Positions 8,250-17,062 of a stretch of DNA of 64,000 nucleotides are shown here, in pieces (the first letter of the stretch is position 1; each line of letters starts with the position of its first letter). Under the pieces are notes generated by a model. The model made no database searches, had not been told where the DNA came from, and saw nothing but the letters and a program-made list of their open reading frames with translations. This DNA is from an uncultured delta proteobacterium (GTDB lineage: Bacteria; Desulfobacterota; Binatia; Binatales; Binataceae), in NCBI GenBank assembly GCA_963765675.1, contig CAVXXK010000001.1, positions 2,112,001 to 2,176,000 on the forward strand. Direction: 5' to 3'. The position numbers were made by a program, and so were the translations under genes.

Positions 8250-8726
8250 CTAGCCGCCGTAGTTCCAGCCGGTTTCCTTCATCGTCAGAACTTCGCTGTC
8301 TTTCTTGACGTGCGCTTCGGTCACCTTGCCGACCACGATGCTGTGGTCGCCGAGCTCGTAGAAGCCGACCACTTCGCATTCGACGGACGCCGGCGCGTCG
8401 CTGACGATCGGTGCGCCATTCTTGCCGTTCTCGTAGGCGAAGTCGCCGAACTTGCCGTCCTTGGGCTCGACGTGGCGGAAGAACGCGCCCGCGATACCCT
8501 TTTGCCCGGCGCCCAGCACCGAGAGCGCGAACTTCTTCGAGTCTTTCACCATCGCGTGCGAACCCGAATCCTTCTTGATCCCAACCACCACCAGCGGAGG
8601 ATTGAAGCTCGCTTGCGTCACCCAGTTGACCGTCGCGACGGTGCTGGTTCCTCCATGAGCGGCGCCGAGCACGAACAGTCCATATGGGATCATCAGCAAC
8701 GCCTGTTTTTTTGCTTTCTCATCCAT
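8250..8726 (-). CDS. Flavin reductase-like protein (DIM6/NTAB family)
   Basis: IPYGLFVL, NWVTQASFNPPLV, GDHSIVVG. Confidence 0.9.
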   Translation of the reverse strand: MDEKAKKQALLMIPYGLFVLGAAHGGTSTVATVNWVTQASFNPPLVVVGIKKDSGSHAMVKDSKKFALSVLGAGQKGIAGAFFRHVEPKDGKFGDFAYENGKNGAPIVSDAPASVECEVVGFYELGDHSIVVGKVTEAHVKKDSEVLTMKETGWNYGG

Positions 8727-8834
8727 GATTTTGGAGCCTCCAGTTTTAAGCGGAATTCGCTACCTTCGAGCGTATCGCTCGGGCTTCGTCTTGCGCGATG
8801 CGCGAGTGATATAATCTTGCCCGAGAGATCACCT

Positions 8835-9167
8835 ATGGCTCTTATCAAGCCTAAGAACCCAAAGATCAAGGGGCTCAATGAAGTCGGCCGCTACGCCGTC
8901 GGCGTGCAGTGGACCGACGGCCACGACAGCATCTACCCGCTGGACAATCTACGCCGCCATTGTCCATGCGACGCCTGCCACGGCAGCGTCGAGGGCGAGA
9001 TTCCGCCGGCCAGCCAGCGCCTCGAGCGGCTGTCGCGATTGGGCGAGCAGGCGATGTTCCTCGGATGGGCCGACGGGCATGAAACGATCTTTACGATGCG
9101 CCAGCTACGCGACATCTGCCGATGCGCCTACTGCGTCGCGGAGCCGGAGCGTCCGATCACGGGATGA
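8835..9167 (+). CDS. Tandem DUF971 (GBBH N-terminal-like) domain protein
   Basis: Two repeats of W.DGH..IY/F...LR..C.C..C (CPCDAC, CRCAYC); the real start is ATG 8835 inside the long 7146 ORF. Confidence 0.82.
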   Translation: MALIKPKNPKIKGLNEVGRYAVGVQWTDGHDSIYPLDNLRRHCPCDACHGSVEGEIPPASQRLERLSRLGEQAMFLGWADGHETIFTMRQLRDICRCAYCVAEPERPITG

Positions 9168-9210
9168 AAGTCATCCGCGCATCATCGCATCGCTTCATTG
9201 GAGAGCTCCG

Positions 9211-9723
9211 ATGCCTAAACGTTTAACGATTGCTTTTGCACTCGGTCTGTTCCTGGCTGCCGGAATTGGCGCAGCGCACGCCTTCCCGGTGAATCTCAGC
9301 GGAGCCAGCGGGCTCCAGATCAATACCGGGTCGAACCTGTCCGGAATAACGGTTCCGCCTACTCCGAGGGAGCGGGCGCCGCAGCGGTTCCGCGACCTGA
9401 CCGTGGTCGGCGACGTTGGGCTTAAGGAATCCGATCTGCCCGCGGGTGCGACAATCGTGCGCCTGCGCGTCGATGGGCACGACGTCTTCATGCGCCTCGA
9501 TACGGAACTCAACGGCGCCGACTTGCAGTTCGATCCGAACGCGGGTTACGCACGCGACCTTTATCGCTCGATTCTGACCAAGCGCATCGAGGTAGTCGGC
9601 CAGCAAGACCTGCGCGATCGGATCATGGCCTCGGCCGACAAGGCTCAGCCGATAAAGGTCCAGGGCTACGTCTTCGATCGAACCAGTCCGTTTTTCGTGG
9701 TGAAGTCTGTCTCGACTAAATGA
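9211..9723 (+). CDS. Hypothetical secreted protein
   Basis: Signal peptide MPKRLTIAFALGLFLAAGIGAAHA; follows the DUF971 gene on the same strand. Confidence 0.7.
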   Translation: MPKRLTIAFALGLFLAAGIGAAHAFPVNLSGASGLQINTGSNLSGITVPPTPRERAPQRFRDLTVVGDVGLKESDLPAGATIVRLRVDGHDVFMRLDTELNGADLQFDPNAGYARDLYRSILTKRIEVVGQQDLRDRIMASADKAQPIKVQGYVFDRTSPFFVVKSVSTK

Positions 9724-9746
9724 TAAATGAGCGTCGCGCGCCGGTC

Positions 9747-10325
9747 TCAGTGCTGGCTGACGCTGCCCCGCCCGGTCGCCCCGGAATTGAGTGAATGCAG
9801 GTTATCCCGCGCGACCTGGAAATTCGGATCGATCTCGATCGCTTTCTGGAACGCTTCGGCCGCCTCGGCCGGACGCTCGAGGTCGTTGAGCGCCATCCCC
9901 TTGGCGTTATACAGCCGCGCGCTGCGGGGCGCTTTGACAATTCCCGCATTCGCCGCCATCAGCGCATGTTCGGCATCGCCGACCCGCATGTAGATGTCGG
10001 AGAGCTCCAGGAAGTTCGCCGGCGACGGATTGATATGCACCGCATGCATGTACATATCGATCGCGGTCGGTCCGTCACGCAGCAAGCCGTAGCAGAAACC
10101 CAGATCGACATACGCGGAATCATTATTTGGATCGGAGGCGAGCGCCTTGTGCAGCTCGTCCATCGCCTGATGCACCTTCGCGGTATCGACTGGATTGGTC
10201 TTTCCCGCCGCTCGAATCGTCGCCTCCGCCTGCGCGACCATCTGGTCCGACTCGGCGCGAGTTCCCGCCGCGGGCGCGCGGGTAGCGGAAAATACTGCGA
10301 GCGCGCCAATCGCCAGCGCGAGCAT
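9747..10325 (-). CDS. Secreted TPR-repeat protein
   Basis: Signal peptide and TPR motifs (AYVDLGFCY, LYNAKGMAL, AFQKAIEIDPNF); start uncertain. Confidence 0.8.
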   Translation of the reverse strand: MLALAIGALAVFSATRAPAAGTRAESDQMVAQAEATIRAAGKTNPVDTAKVHQAMDELHKALASDPNNDSAYVDLGFCYGLLRDGPTAIDMYMHAVHINPSPANFLELSDIYMRVGDAEHALMAANAGIVKAPRSARLYNAKGMALNDLERPAEAAEAFQKAIEIDPNFQVARDNLHSLNSGATGRGSVSQH

Positions 10326-10501
10326 GGCGGCGCGGCGCAGCGCGGCGGCGCCGGCTATCTTCTCCCCGACGCTGATTGCTTCAAAACTTTTCCGTTCGAG
10401 ATCTGCCACGGCGCAAACCCTAACAGTTTCAGCGCGGACTGCGAAGCCAGCTCGTCGGCCGCGGAGCTGGGGTTGCATTACGAAACCGCGGTTGTTTCCC
10501 G

Positions 10502-11524
10502 ATGATTGCTCCGATTAGTATTGCCTTTGTGCCGCGCGATTCCTTCAACCGCGAAATCGACTACTTGCGCATCTCGGTCATCGACCGATGCAACCTGCGC
10601 TGCGTCTATTGCATGCCGCTCGAGGGACTGCGCTTCCTGCCCAACTCCGAGCTTTTGACTCCGGCCGAGATCGAGACCGTCGCGCGCGCGGCCGTGAGCG
10701 TCGGTTTCCGCAAGTTCCGCCTGACGGGAGGCGAGCCGACGCTGCGTGCCGACCTGATCGAAATCGTCGAGCGGATCGCGCGTGTCGACGGAGTCGAAGG
10801 GCTGGCGCTGACCACCAACGCGCTGATGCTCAACGAGCTGGCGGCGCCGCTCAAGCGCGCGGGCCTTACCCGAATCAACGTTCATCTCGACAGCCTCGAT
10901 CCGGCGACAGTTGAGCGGCAAATGCGATGGGGCAGTTTCGAGAAGATCTGGCGCGGCATCATGGCGGCGGAAGACGCCGGGCTTACGCCGATCAAGCTCA
11001 ACGCGGTCGTGGCCGCGGGTTACAACGAGGACGGCGTGGTCGAGCTGGCGCGGCTGACGCTCGAGCGCGACTGGCACGTGCGGTTTATCGAGCTGATGCC
11101 GCTGGGCGGCGGCGAATGCGCCACGCTGTCGGTCAAGCGTTACGTCTCGAACATTGAAACCCGGCGGCGAATCGAGGCGGCGCTCGGTCCGATGCGCGAG
11201 TTGCCGACCGAGAACCTCGCCGACGAATCGCGCAATTATCGTATCGCGGGCGCGCGCGGCGTGATCGGATTCATCAGCCCGGTCAGCGAACCCTACTGCG
11301 GCACCTGCAACCGGATGCGCCTGACCGCGGACGGAAGATTTCATTTGTGCCTGCTGAACGACGACGAGCTCGACGTGCGCCGCGCGCTCCGCTCGGGCTC
11401 GGGCAACGAGCACGATGAAGTCGCGCAGATCTTAAGGCGTGCGGTAGAGCTGAAACCGACCGGCCATCACCTGCTGGAAGGCCGCTCAACCCGCGACCGT
11501 TCGATGTACCAAATCGGCGGGTAA
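10502..11524 (+). CDS. moaA: GTP 3',8-cyclase (molybdenum cofactor biosynthesis)
   Basis: YLRISVIDRCNLRCVYCMP radical-SAM motif, CGTCNRMRLTADG, C-terminal MYQIGG. Confidence 0.96.
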   Translation: MIAPISIAFVPRDSFNREIDYLRISVIDRCNLRCVYCMPLEGLRFLPNSELLTPAEIETVARAAVSVGFRKFRLTGGEPTLRADLIEIVERIARVDGVEGLALTTNALMLNELAAPLKRAGLTRINVHLDSLDPATVERQMRWGSFEKIWRGIMAAEDAGLTPIKLNAVVAAGYNEDGVVELARLTLERDWHVRFIELMPLGGGECATLSVKRYVSNIETRRRIEAALGPMRELPTENLADESRNYRIAGARGVIGFISPVSEPYCGTCNRMRLTADGRFHLCLLNDDELDVRRALRSGSGNEHDEVAQILRRAVELKPTGHHLLEGRSTRDRSMYQIGG

Positions 11525-11664
11525 GCATCCGATTCCTTAGACTTTACTGTCCTGCCCGATGCCGCTCGAAAACCGTTTGTACGTTGGGTTTTGCATGCGC
11601 CTGAGGTTCAGGAGACCTCCGTGCATCCGTTGACGGCGCTGCGGCCCGAAGCGAAACTGCTCGA

Positions 11665-11988
11665 ATGAAACTCCGCCACACCGCCGCGCTCGCGCTTGTG
11701 GGCTGGTATCTGATCGTGCCGCCCGATTTCAAAGGTCGTCCTCATTCCGTTGACCCGACAGCTCCAACTTCGCACTGGACGATCGTAACCAGTTTTGATA
11801 GCGCGGATATTTGCAAGACGGCGCTCACGGAACTCCGGAATAAGAATGGCGATCCAGCGAAGCTTGACGCTACCGGGGAGCTGAGACGCTTTCAGAGACG
11901 GCAAGCGGCCGACCCCGAACTCGCACGTGGGCGCGTTGACAACGCCGCCTGCATCGCGACCGACGATCCCCGCCTCAAGGGAAACTAG
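11665..11988 (+). CDS. Small exported/membrane protein (VGWYL...CIATDDPRLK type)
   Basis: N-terminal MKLRHTAALALVGWYLIVPP, two Cys, C-terminal CIATDDPRLKGN. Confidence 0.75.
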   Translation: MKLRHTAALALVGWYLIVPPDFKGRPHSVDPTAPTSHWTIVTSFDSADICKTALTELRNKNGDPAKLDATGELRRFQRRQAADPELARGRVDNAACIATDDPRLKGN

Positions 11989-12217
11989 CCGTACCGCTTC
12001 ATCCCGATCATCCCGGACCTTCGGTCCGATGAGGCGCGGGGATTGGATTCCGTTGGAAATCTGTAACACGAATTTGCAGGAGGAGGTGCTAATGAAATGC
12101 GAAGCGGGCAGGCCGTCCGTCACCAAATTTCGAGACACGTCGTAGCAATCTGTCCCGCGTGAGCACGTGTAATGGACGACTAGTTTTTATCAATCGATTC
12201 AGATGGGAGGTCAGTCG

Positions 12218-12811
12218 ATGTTTTCGGGAAAACCGTTTTTCAAACTTGGTACAATAATAACGGCGGTCGCCGCCGGGTTGTTTTTCGCTTCGGGAGCGTT
12301 CGCAGCTGACAGCGCAACGGCAGGACTCGGGCCGCTCAGCGCGCAAGCTACTGGGACCGCAGTTACTAATTCCGGCGGATGCACGACACCCGCGATCTCC
12401 TGCCCCACCGGGCACGCGTGCTTGTGTATGACCGGCACCTACTCAATCATGGGTAACAATGGCTTCAACGGCGGGACCGCATCACTCACCCTGGGCATCG
12501 ATATAACCAATTTGGGGGACCCAATCACTGCATTACCATCCTGCGCCCCTGCAACCGGAGTCGGCGCCCTCAGCGATAAGAAAGGCCGTCAGACGATCAC
12601 CTTTCTCGCGTCGGGGCCGGTATGCTCAACTACCAACAGCGCGGTCGACGTGTTCACCGGGTCCTATGTGATCAACGGTGGAACCGGAAAATATTCTTCA
12701 GCCACCGGCGCGGGCACCATCGGCGCGAGCGCGTCGTTCCTGTTCGTGACTGCGCCGGGTGGGAGTGGCGTTCCTTCGCAGGCGTCGCTCAACGGCAGCG
12801 TGCAGCCCTGA
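12218..12811 (+). CDS. Secreted Cys/Gly/Thr-rich hypothetical protein
   Basis: GGAGG RBS, signal peptide ending SGAFA, Cys cluster C..C..CLC, GGTGKY motif. Confidence 0.7.
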   Translation: MFSGKPFFKLGTIITAVAAGLFFASGAFAADSATAGLGPLSAQATGTAVTNSGGCTTPAISCPTGHACLCMTGTYSIMGNNGFNGGTASLTLGIDITNLGDPITALPSCAPATGVGALSDKKGRQTITFLASGPVCSTTNSAVDVFTGSYVINGGTGKYSSATGAGTIGASASFLFVTAPGGSGVPSQASLNGSVQP

Positions 12812-13117
12812 TCAGCGCGCGAGGACTGGCTTGATCGAATCGTCAAGCAAGGCGGGCGTGGCAAAGGCCGCGGGTGCCAATGCCACGCCCCCGTGTCATC
12901 GTATTTGTAGCCTTTAGCCAATTCGGAAGATCTACGCGCGCGATCTGACACCCACTTTGACAGCCACGATGTTATCAATCACTGTATTTGTCGCTACTTG
13001 CTGCACGGCAGAATGTAGATGAGTGCTTGTGTTGCACGTCCTTACAGACTTTCTAGTCAAAGTACCAAATCGGCGGGTAATAAAATGCGCTGCGGTGCAA
13101 TTCCCGGGCGAGCGTGA

Positions 13118-14398
13118 GTGATGCGAGCCGGATTTTGCGGACGATGCGGCAGCGCCCGAGCCAATGAGGCTGACCGGTTCTGCCGCGCCTGCGGCGCGGA
13201 GATCGACTCCGCGTCTCGCAGCGCTGGCGAGTATCCGGGCGCCGGCCGATGGCGCGCGGCTGCGCTTGTGATTGCGGGAGCGATCGCCGGAACGCTCGTG
13301 ACTGCACTCCTTATGACCCTGATCGTGCGCCACCCAGAAGATCAGAAAATCGCGGCCGCGAAACCTGTGGCTGCGCCCGCCGCTGAACCGCTGGGAGCGC
13401 TCATCAAGCGCGTGCGGCCCGCGGTGGTGACGCTCGAGATATACGACGCTCGCGGCAAGGAGATCGGTTTCGGCAGCGGATTCTTTATCAACCGCAACGG
13501 CGAGATATTGACTAATCATCACGTGATCGAAGGCGCATCGTCGGTCAAGGCGCGCACCGCCGACGGCGCGACGCATCCGGTGCAGGTCGTCCTCGCCGAC
13601 GACAAGGACGCCGATCTGGCCAAGCTCCTGGCCTTCGTTGACTCCGATGCGCCGTACCTGAAGATCGCCGCGCAGCGTCCGCAGGTCGGCGACAGCGTTA
13701 TCGTCGTCGGCAGTCCGATGGGGCTCGAGGAAACCATCACGCAGGGGATCGTCTCGGCGGTTCCCGAGCAGCGCGACGACCAGAGCGATCTGGTTCCCGC
13801 CACCTTGCAGATCACCGCCGCGATCTCGGAAGGGTCGAGCGGCGGCCCGGTACTGAACGCGAACGGAGAAGTGATCGGGGTTGCGACGGCATTCATGCGC
13901 GACGGCGAAAACCTGAGCTTCGCGGTGCCGCTCGAAAGAATTCTCGCGCTCGGGCGTCATCAACCGCGCACCTTCGCGCAGTGGCATCTGCCGCGTCGCG
14001 CGCCCGACTCGAACGACCTCTATGTTGACGGGATGGCGTCGTGGCGGCTGCAGGATTGTGATACCGGTCTGAATTATTTCAAGCGCGCGCTCGAGCGCGA
14101 TCCCGAATTCGCCGAAGCATGGTGGGGCAGGGGACTCTGCCTGAGCGACGACGGACGCGCTGGCGACGCGATTGGCGCCTTCGATCGAGCGGTGCGGCTG
14201 AAGCCCGGGTTCGCGCACGCGCATTATGATTTGGGTGTCGCCTACGCCGACCAAGGCCGCCGCGACCTCGCGACGCGCGAGTATGGTGTGCTGAAAACGC
14301 TATCTCCGGAGCTGGCGCTGAGGCTCCAGGACTATATCGCGCAGGACAGCACGGCCGACCTTCCCGTGCATCCAAGTACCGCCGCCAAACGCCGCTGA
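13118..14398 (+). CDS. Zinc-ribbon/TM/trypsin-like serine protease with C-terminal TPRs
   Basis: CGRC..CRAC, TM helix, GSGFF, LTNHHVI, DLAKL, GSSGGP, then TPR repeats. Confidence 0.88.
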   Translation: MMRAGFCGRCGSARANEADRFCRACGAEIDSASRSAGEYPGAGRWRAAALVIAGAIAGTLVTALLMTLIVRHPEDQKIAAAKPVAAPAAEPLGALIKRVRPAVVTLEIYDARGKEIGFGSGFFINRNGEILTNHHVIEGASSVKARTADGATHPVQVVLADDKDADLAKLLAFVDSDAPYLKIAAQRPQVGDSVIVVGSPMGLEETITQGIVSAVPEQRDDQSDLVPATLQITAAISEGSSGGPVLNANGEVIGVATAFMRDGENLSFAVPLERILALGRHQPRTFAQWHLPRRAPDSNDLYVDGMASWRLQDCDTGLNYFKRALERDPEFAEAWWGRGLCLSDDGRAGDAIGAFDRAVRLKPGFAHAHYDLGVAYADQGRRDLATREYGVLKTLSPELALRLQDYIAQDSTADLPVHPSTAAKRR

Positions 14399-14437
14399 AC
14401 TTTCACTCTCTACCGCGGAGCAGCGGGCTTCAGACTT

Positions 14438-15001
14438 CTAGAGGTTGGGGCCGCTGGTTGTCGCGGATACTGTCGGCGCCGCGGCGGGCGAGGCTGCCGC
14501 TTCGGGAATTGGCGGCAGCGGCTGTGCGGGGCCCCATAGCTTCTGGATCAGGCCGTGGCCGTACGCCATCGCTTCCTGCGGGCGGCCGTGCAGATTCGCG
14601 GTCGCGGGCGCTTCGGTCTGAACGATAGCCTCGCCAACTCCTTCGCGCTCGAACGGACGCCGCACGTCCAGCGGCGCAGGCTCGACTGCCTGGCCGACGT
14701 CGATCGGCTGATCGCCAGCCACCACCACTGCGGATTTCAGGATCAGGCCGCGCTCGGCGCGCAGGTCGTAAACTCCCGGCGGCAGATCGACGGAATAGGT
14801 ACCGTCGTTGCCGGTGGGCGCGATGAACATGTCGTGCGAGATGCGATTTTCGAAATGAAGCTGGCGCTGATTCGCGGGCCGGCCGCCGCGATAGACGAAG
14901 CTGCCGCTTACGACGGCGGCGTTCGCGCCGGGTACGGCGATCGCCGCCGCCGCGAGGATCGAGAGCGCCAACAGTCCGGAGGTTTTCAGTTTCGCACGCA
15001 T
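14438..15001 (-). CDS. Secreted protein with carboxypeptidase regulatory-like (transthyretin-like) domain
   Basis: Signal peptide; TGNDGTYSVDLPPGVYDLRAE. Confidence 0.7.
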   Translation of the reverse strand: MRAKLKTSGLLALSILAAAAIAVPGANAAVVSGSFVYRGGRPANQRQLHFENRISHDMFIAPTGNDGTYSVDLPPGVYDLRAERGLILKSAVVVAGDQPIDVGQAVEPAPLDVRRPFEREGVGEAIVQTEAPATANLHGRPQEAMAYGHGLIQKLWGPAQPLPPIPEAAASPAAAPTVSATTSGPNL

Positions 15002-15080
15002 CGGATTATCCCTTGATACTCGATTTGATGCCGCCGCCGCTTGGCGCCTATGCTTATCAAAATTCTCGAGCGAGGAAAGC

Positions 15081-15431
15081 ATGGACCGAACCACAATCTA
15101 TCACAACCCGAAGTGCGGAAGCTCGCGCGGCGCGGTCGCCCGGATGACTGAACGCGGGATCGATTTCGAAACTATCGAGTATCTGAAGACTCCGCTCGAT
15201 CGCGCGGGACTGCAACGCGTTCTCTCGATGATTGAGAATCCGCCTGCCGATCTGGTGCGCAAGGACAAGCGCTTCGAGGAACTCAAACTGAAGCGCGAGA
15301 ACTACACGACCCGCGAGCAGGTGATCGCGCTGTTGCTGAAGCATCCGGAGCTGATGCAGCGGCCGGTCGTCGTGCGCGGAGGGCGCGCGGTGATAGCGCG
15401 CCCGCCCGAAAAGCTCGACGCGCTGTTCTAG
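15081..15431 (+). CDS. ArsC/Spx-family (glutaredoxin-type arsenate reductase-like) protein
   Basis: IYHNPKCGSSR, HPELMQRPVV, VIARPPE. Confidence 0.88.
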   Translation: MDRTTIYHNPKCGSSRGAVARMTERGIDFETIEYLKTPLDRAGLQRVLSMIENPPADLVRKDKRFEELKLKRENYTTREQVIALLLKHPELMQRPVVVRGGRAVIARPPEKLDALF

Positions 15432-15438
15432 AGCGGGG

Positions 15439-15627
15439 CTAGGCGACCTTCTGTACTTTGCCGCTGCGGATGCATCGGGTGCAGACGCGGATTCGCATCA
15501 CGCCGCCGCCGATCTTCGCGCGAACCTCCTGCAGGTTCGGCTCCCATCGCCGCTTGGTCTTGTTGTTGGCGTGGCTGACGTTATTTCCGACTGACGGCTG
15601 CTTGCCGCAAAGTGCGCATTGTCGCAT
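15439..15627 (-). CDS. rpmB: 50S ribosomal protein L28
   Basis: [34 protein letters not shown]. Confidence 0.97.
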   Translation of the reverse strand: MRQCALCGKQPSVGNNVSHANNKTKRRWEPNLQEVRAKIGGGVMRIRVCTRCIRSGKVQKVA

Positions 15628-15670
15628 GAGGTTGTCTCTCTGATGAATTCCGATGCTGAAGTCGAACGCC

Positions 15671-16909
15671 CTAGGGTAGCCCGACCTGCGGTCTGGTGAA
15701 AGAGGGCGTGAAGCTCGCCCGCAGCAGCGCCTGCCCTGCGGGTTCGGCGGTCAACAGCGCGCCCGCGTCGCATCGGCACCTGATACTCATCAGCCATGCG
15801 GCCTTGCCGAGCGCCGTTGCGTACTGATCGAGCGCGGTCTTGAGGCCGCCCTCGGCTTTCTTGTCGTCGATCGATACGTCCTTGTCGCTGACGACGACCT
15901 GCTCGGGCGTCGAGCCGGTTGCGTCGAACATCATCTGGGAGAGCATCGCGATAAACGCGGTCTGATCGAGTCCGGGCACGTCGCTCATAAGGAGTTGGCG
16001 ATATGCCGCGTCGGCGCGAGTATCGGTCTGCGTCGCGAGCGCGCGGCGCACCTGCTCGCCGCGCGACGGTTCGGCGGTTGGCTCCTTCTGGTACTGGGAC
16101 AGGATCGTGGACGCGGAGCCGATGTTCCCGCCCGCGATCGCGCCGAGCGTGCGGCCAAGCAGCGCCTGCGCTTTCGCGCGCCGCATCTTCTCCTGCGCAT
16201 CGGCCATCATCCTGCGCACTTCAGGATTATCCACCCCCGCGGCTTTGAACACCGCGAGCGCAGTGTCCGGGTCGCCGCGATTGACGAGGGCCTGGGCGCA
16301 TTCGAGCAGGTTGAGCGGCTGCGTCGCGCCCAGAGTCGAAGTCGATAGATACAGCTTGGTCGCCGCGACCAGCTTCGCCTCGACTCGCACCTGGATCGAT
16401 TCGTAAGCCTGCCACGTGCTGCTCGAAATCAGACGCTGGCCGCTGGTGCGCTCGAACAGGAACTGCGCCGGGATCGAAAGAATCGCCGCCGGTCCGCTGA
16501 TGATCGTCTCGCTGTCGGTGAAGGTGAAGGTGTGCCGATCTTCAGCGAGGGTCGAAAGATTGAGCGTCCAGATCTGGTACGAGCCAGTGAACTTGGCTTC
16601 TGAGCCGGTCTGCACGACCTTGAACGAGTCGGTCGGCAGACTCACGACGATCACGGCGTCGAGCCTGTCGTCGAGCTCGCCCGCGACGAAACGCTTCACG
16701 CACGCGTCAACGTCGCCGGGCGGCTGAATTGGCACCGCGGTGACGTTAGGCATCGCGCCGACCAGCTTCTCGATATCGTTTTCAGCCTGGGGCGAAATCG
16801 GGCCGAGCGCTCCGACGCCAATCTTGACCTCGGCTAGCGCGGGAGCCGCGAATTGCAGCACCGCCGCCGTGAGCGCGAGCATCAATGTGATGGAGAATTT
16901 GCGTGTCAT
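15671..16909 (-). CDS. Hypothetical secreted protein with helical central region
   Basis: Long ORF with genome-typical codon usage and signal peptide ending AAPALA; directly upstream of rpmB. Confidence 0.7.
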   Translation of the reverse strand: MTRKFSITLMLALTAAVLQFAAPALAEVKIGVGALGPISPQAENDIEKLVGAMPNVTAVPIQPPGDVDACVKRFVAGELDDRLDAVIVVSLPTDSFKVVQTGSEAKFTGSYQIWTLNLSTLAEDRHTFTFTDSETIISGPAAILSIPAQFLFERTSGQRLISSSTWQAYESIQVRVEAKLVAATKLYLSTSTLGATQPLNLLECAQALVNRGDPDTALAVFKAAGVDNPEVRRMMADAQEKMRRAKAQALLGRTLGAIAGGNIGSASTILSQYQKEPTAEPSRGEQVRRALATQTDTRADAAYRQLLMSDVPGLDQTAFIAMLSQMMFDATGSTPEQVVVSDKDVSIDDKKAEGGLKTALDQYATALGKAAWLMSIRCRCDAGALLTAEPAGQALLRASFTPSFTRPQVGLP

Positions 16910-17062
16910 CCTGAAAAGCTCCCTTGCGAGACCCGCCAAGCTATCCTGAGTGCGCGTCGAAGTTCAATTTCAGGCCGACCGCCGCGGAGCGGCTTGAGTA
17001 TCCGGTGCAAAAGCCGCATTGTCTAGCGGGATGTATTTCCTTCCAACGACGGTCGTGGTGCG

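Larger units (their letters stand above)
11506..13080. mobile_element. Small islet integrated at the moaA 3' end, flanked by a 19-bp direct repeat
   Basis: GTACCAAATCGGCGGGTAA at 11506-11524 (moaA end) and 13062-13080; interior is more AT-rich. Confidence 0.72.

Noticed and set aside
7146-8834. N-terminal part of the 673-aa plus-strand ORF
   Set aside because: Antisense shadow of the dehydrogenase and flavin reductase genes; only 8835-9167 is a real gene
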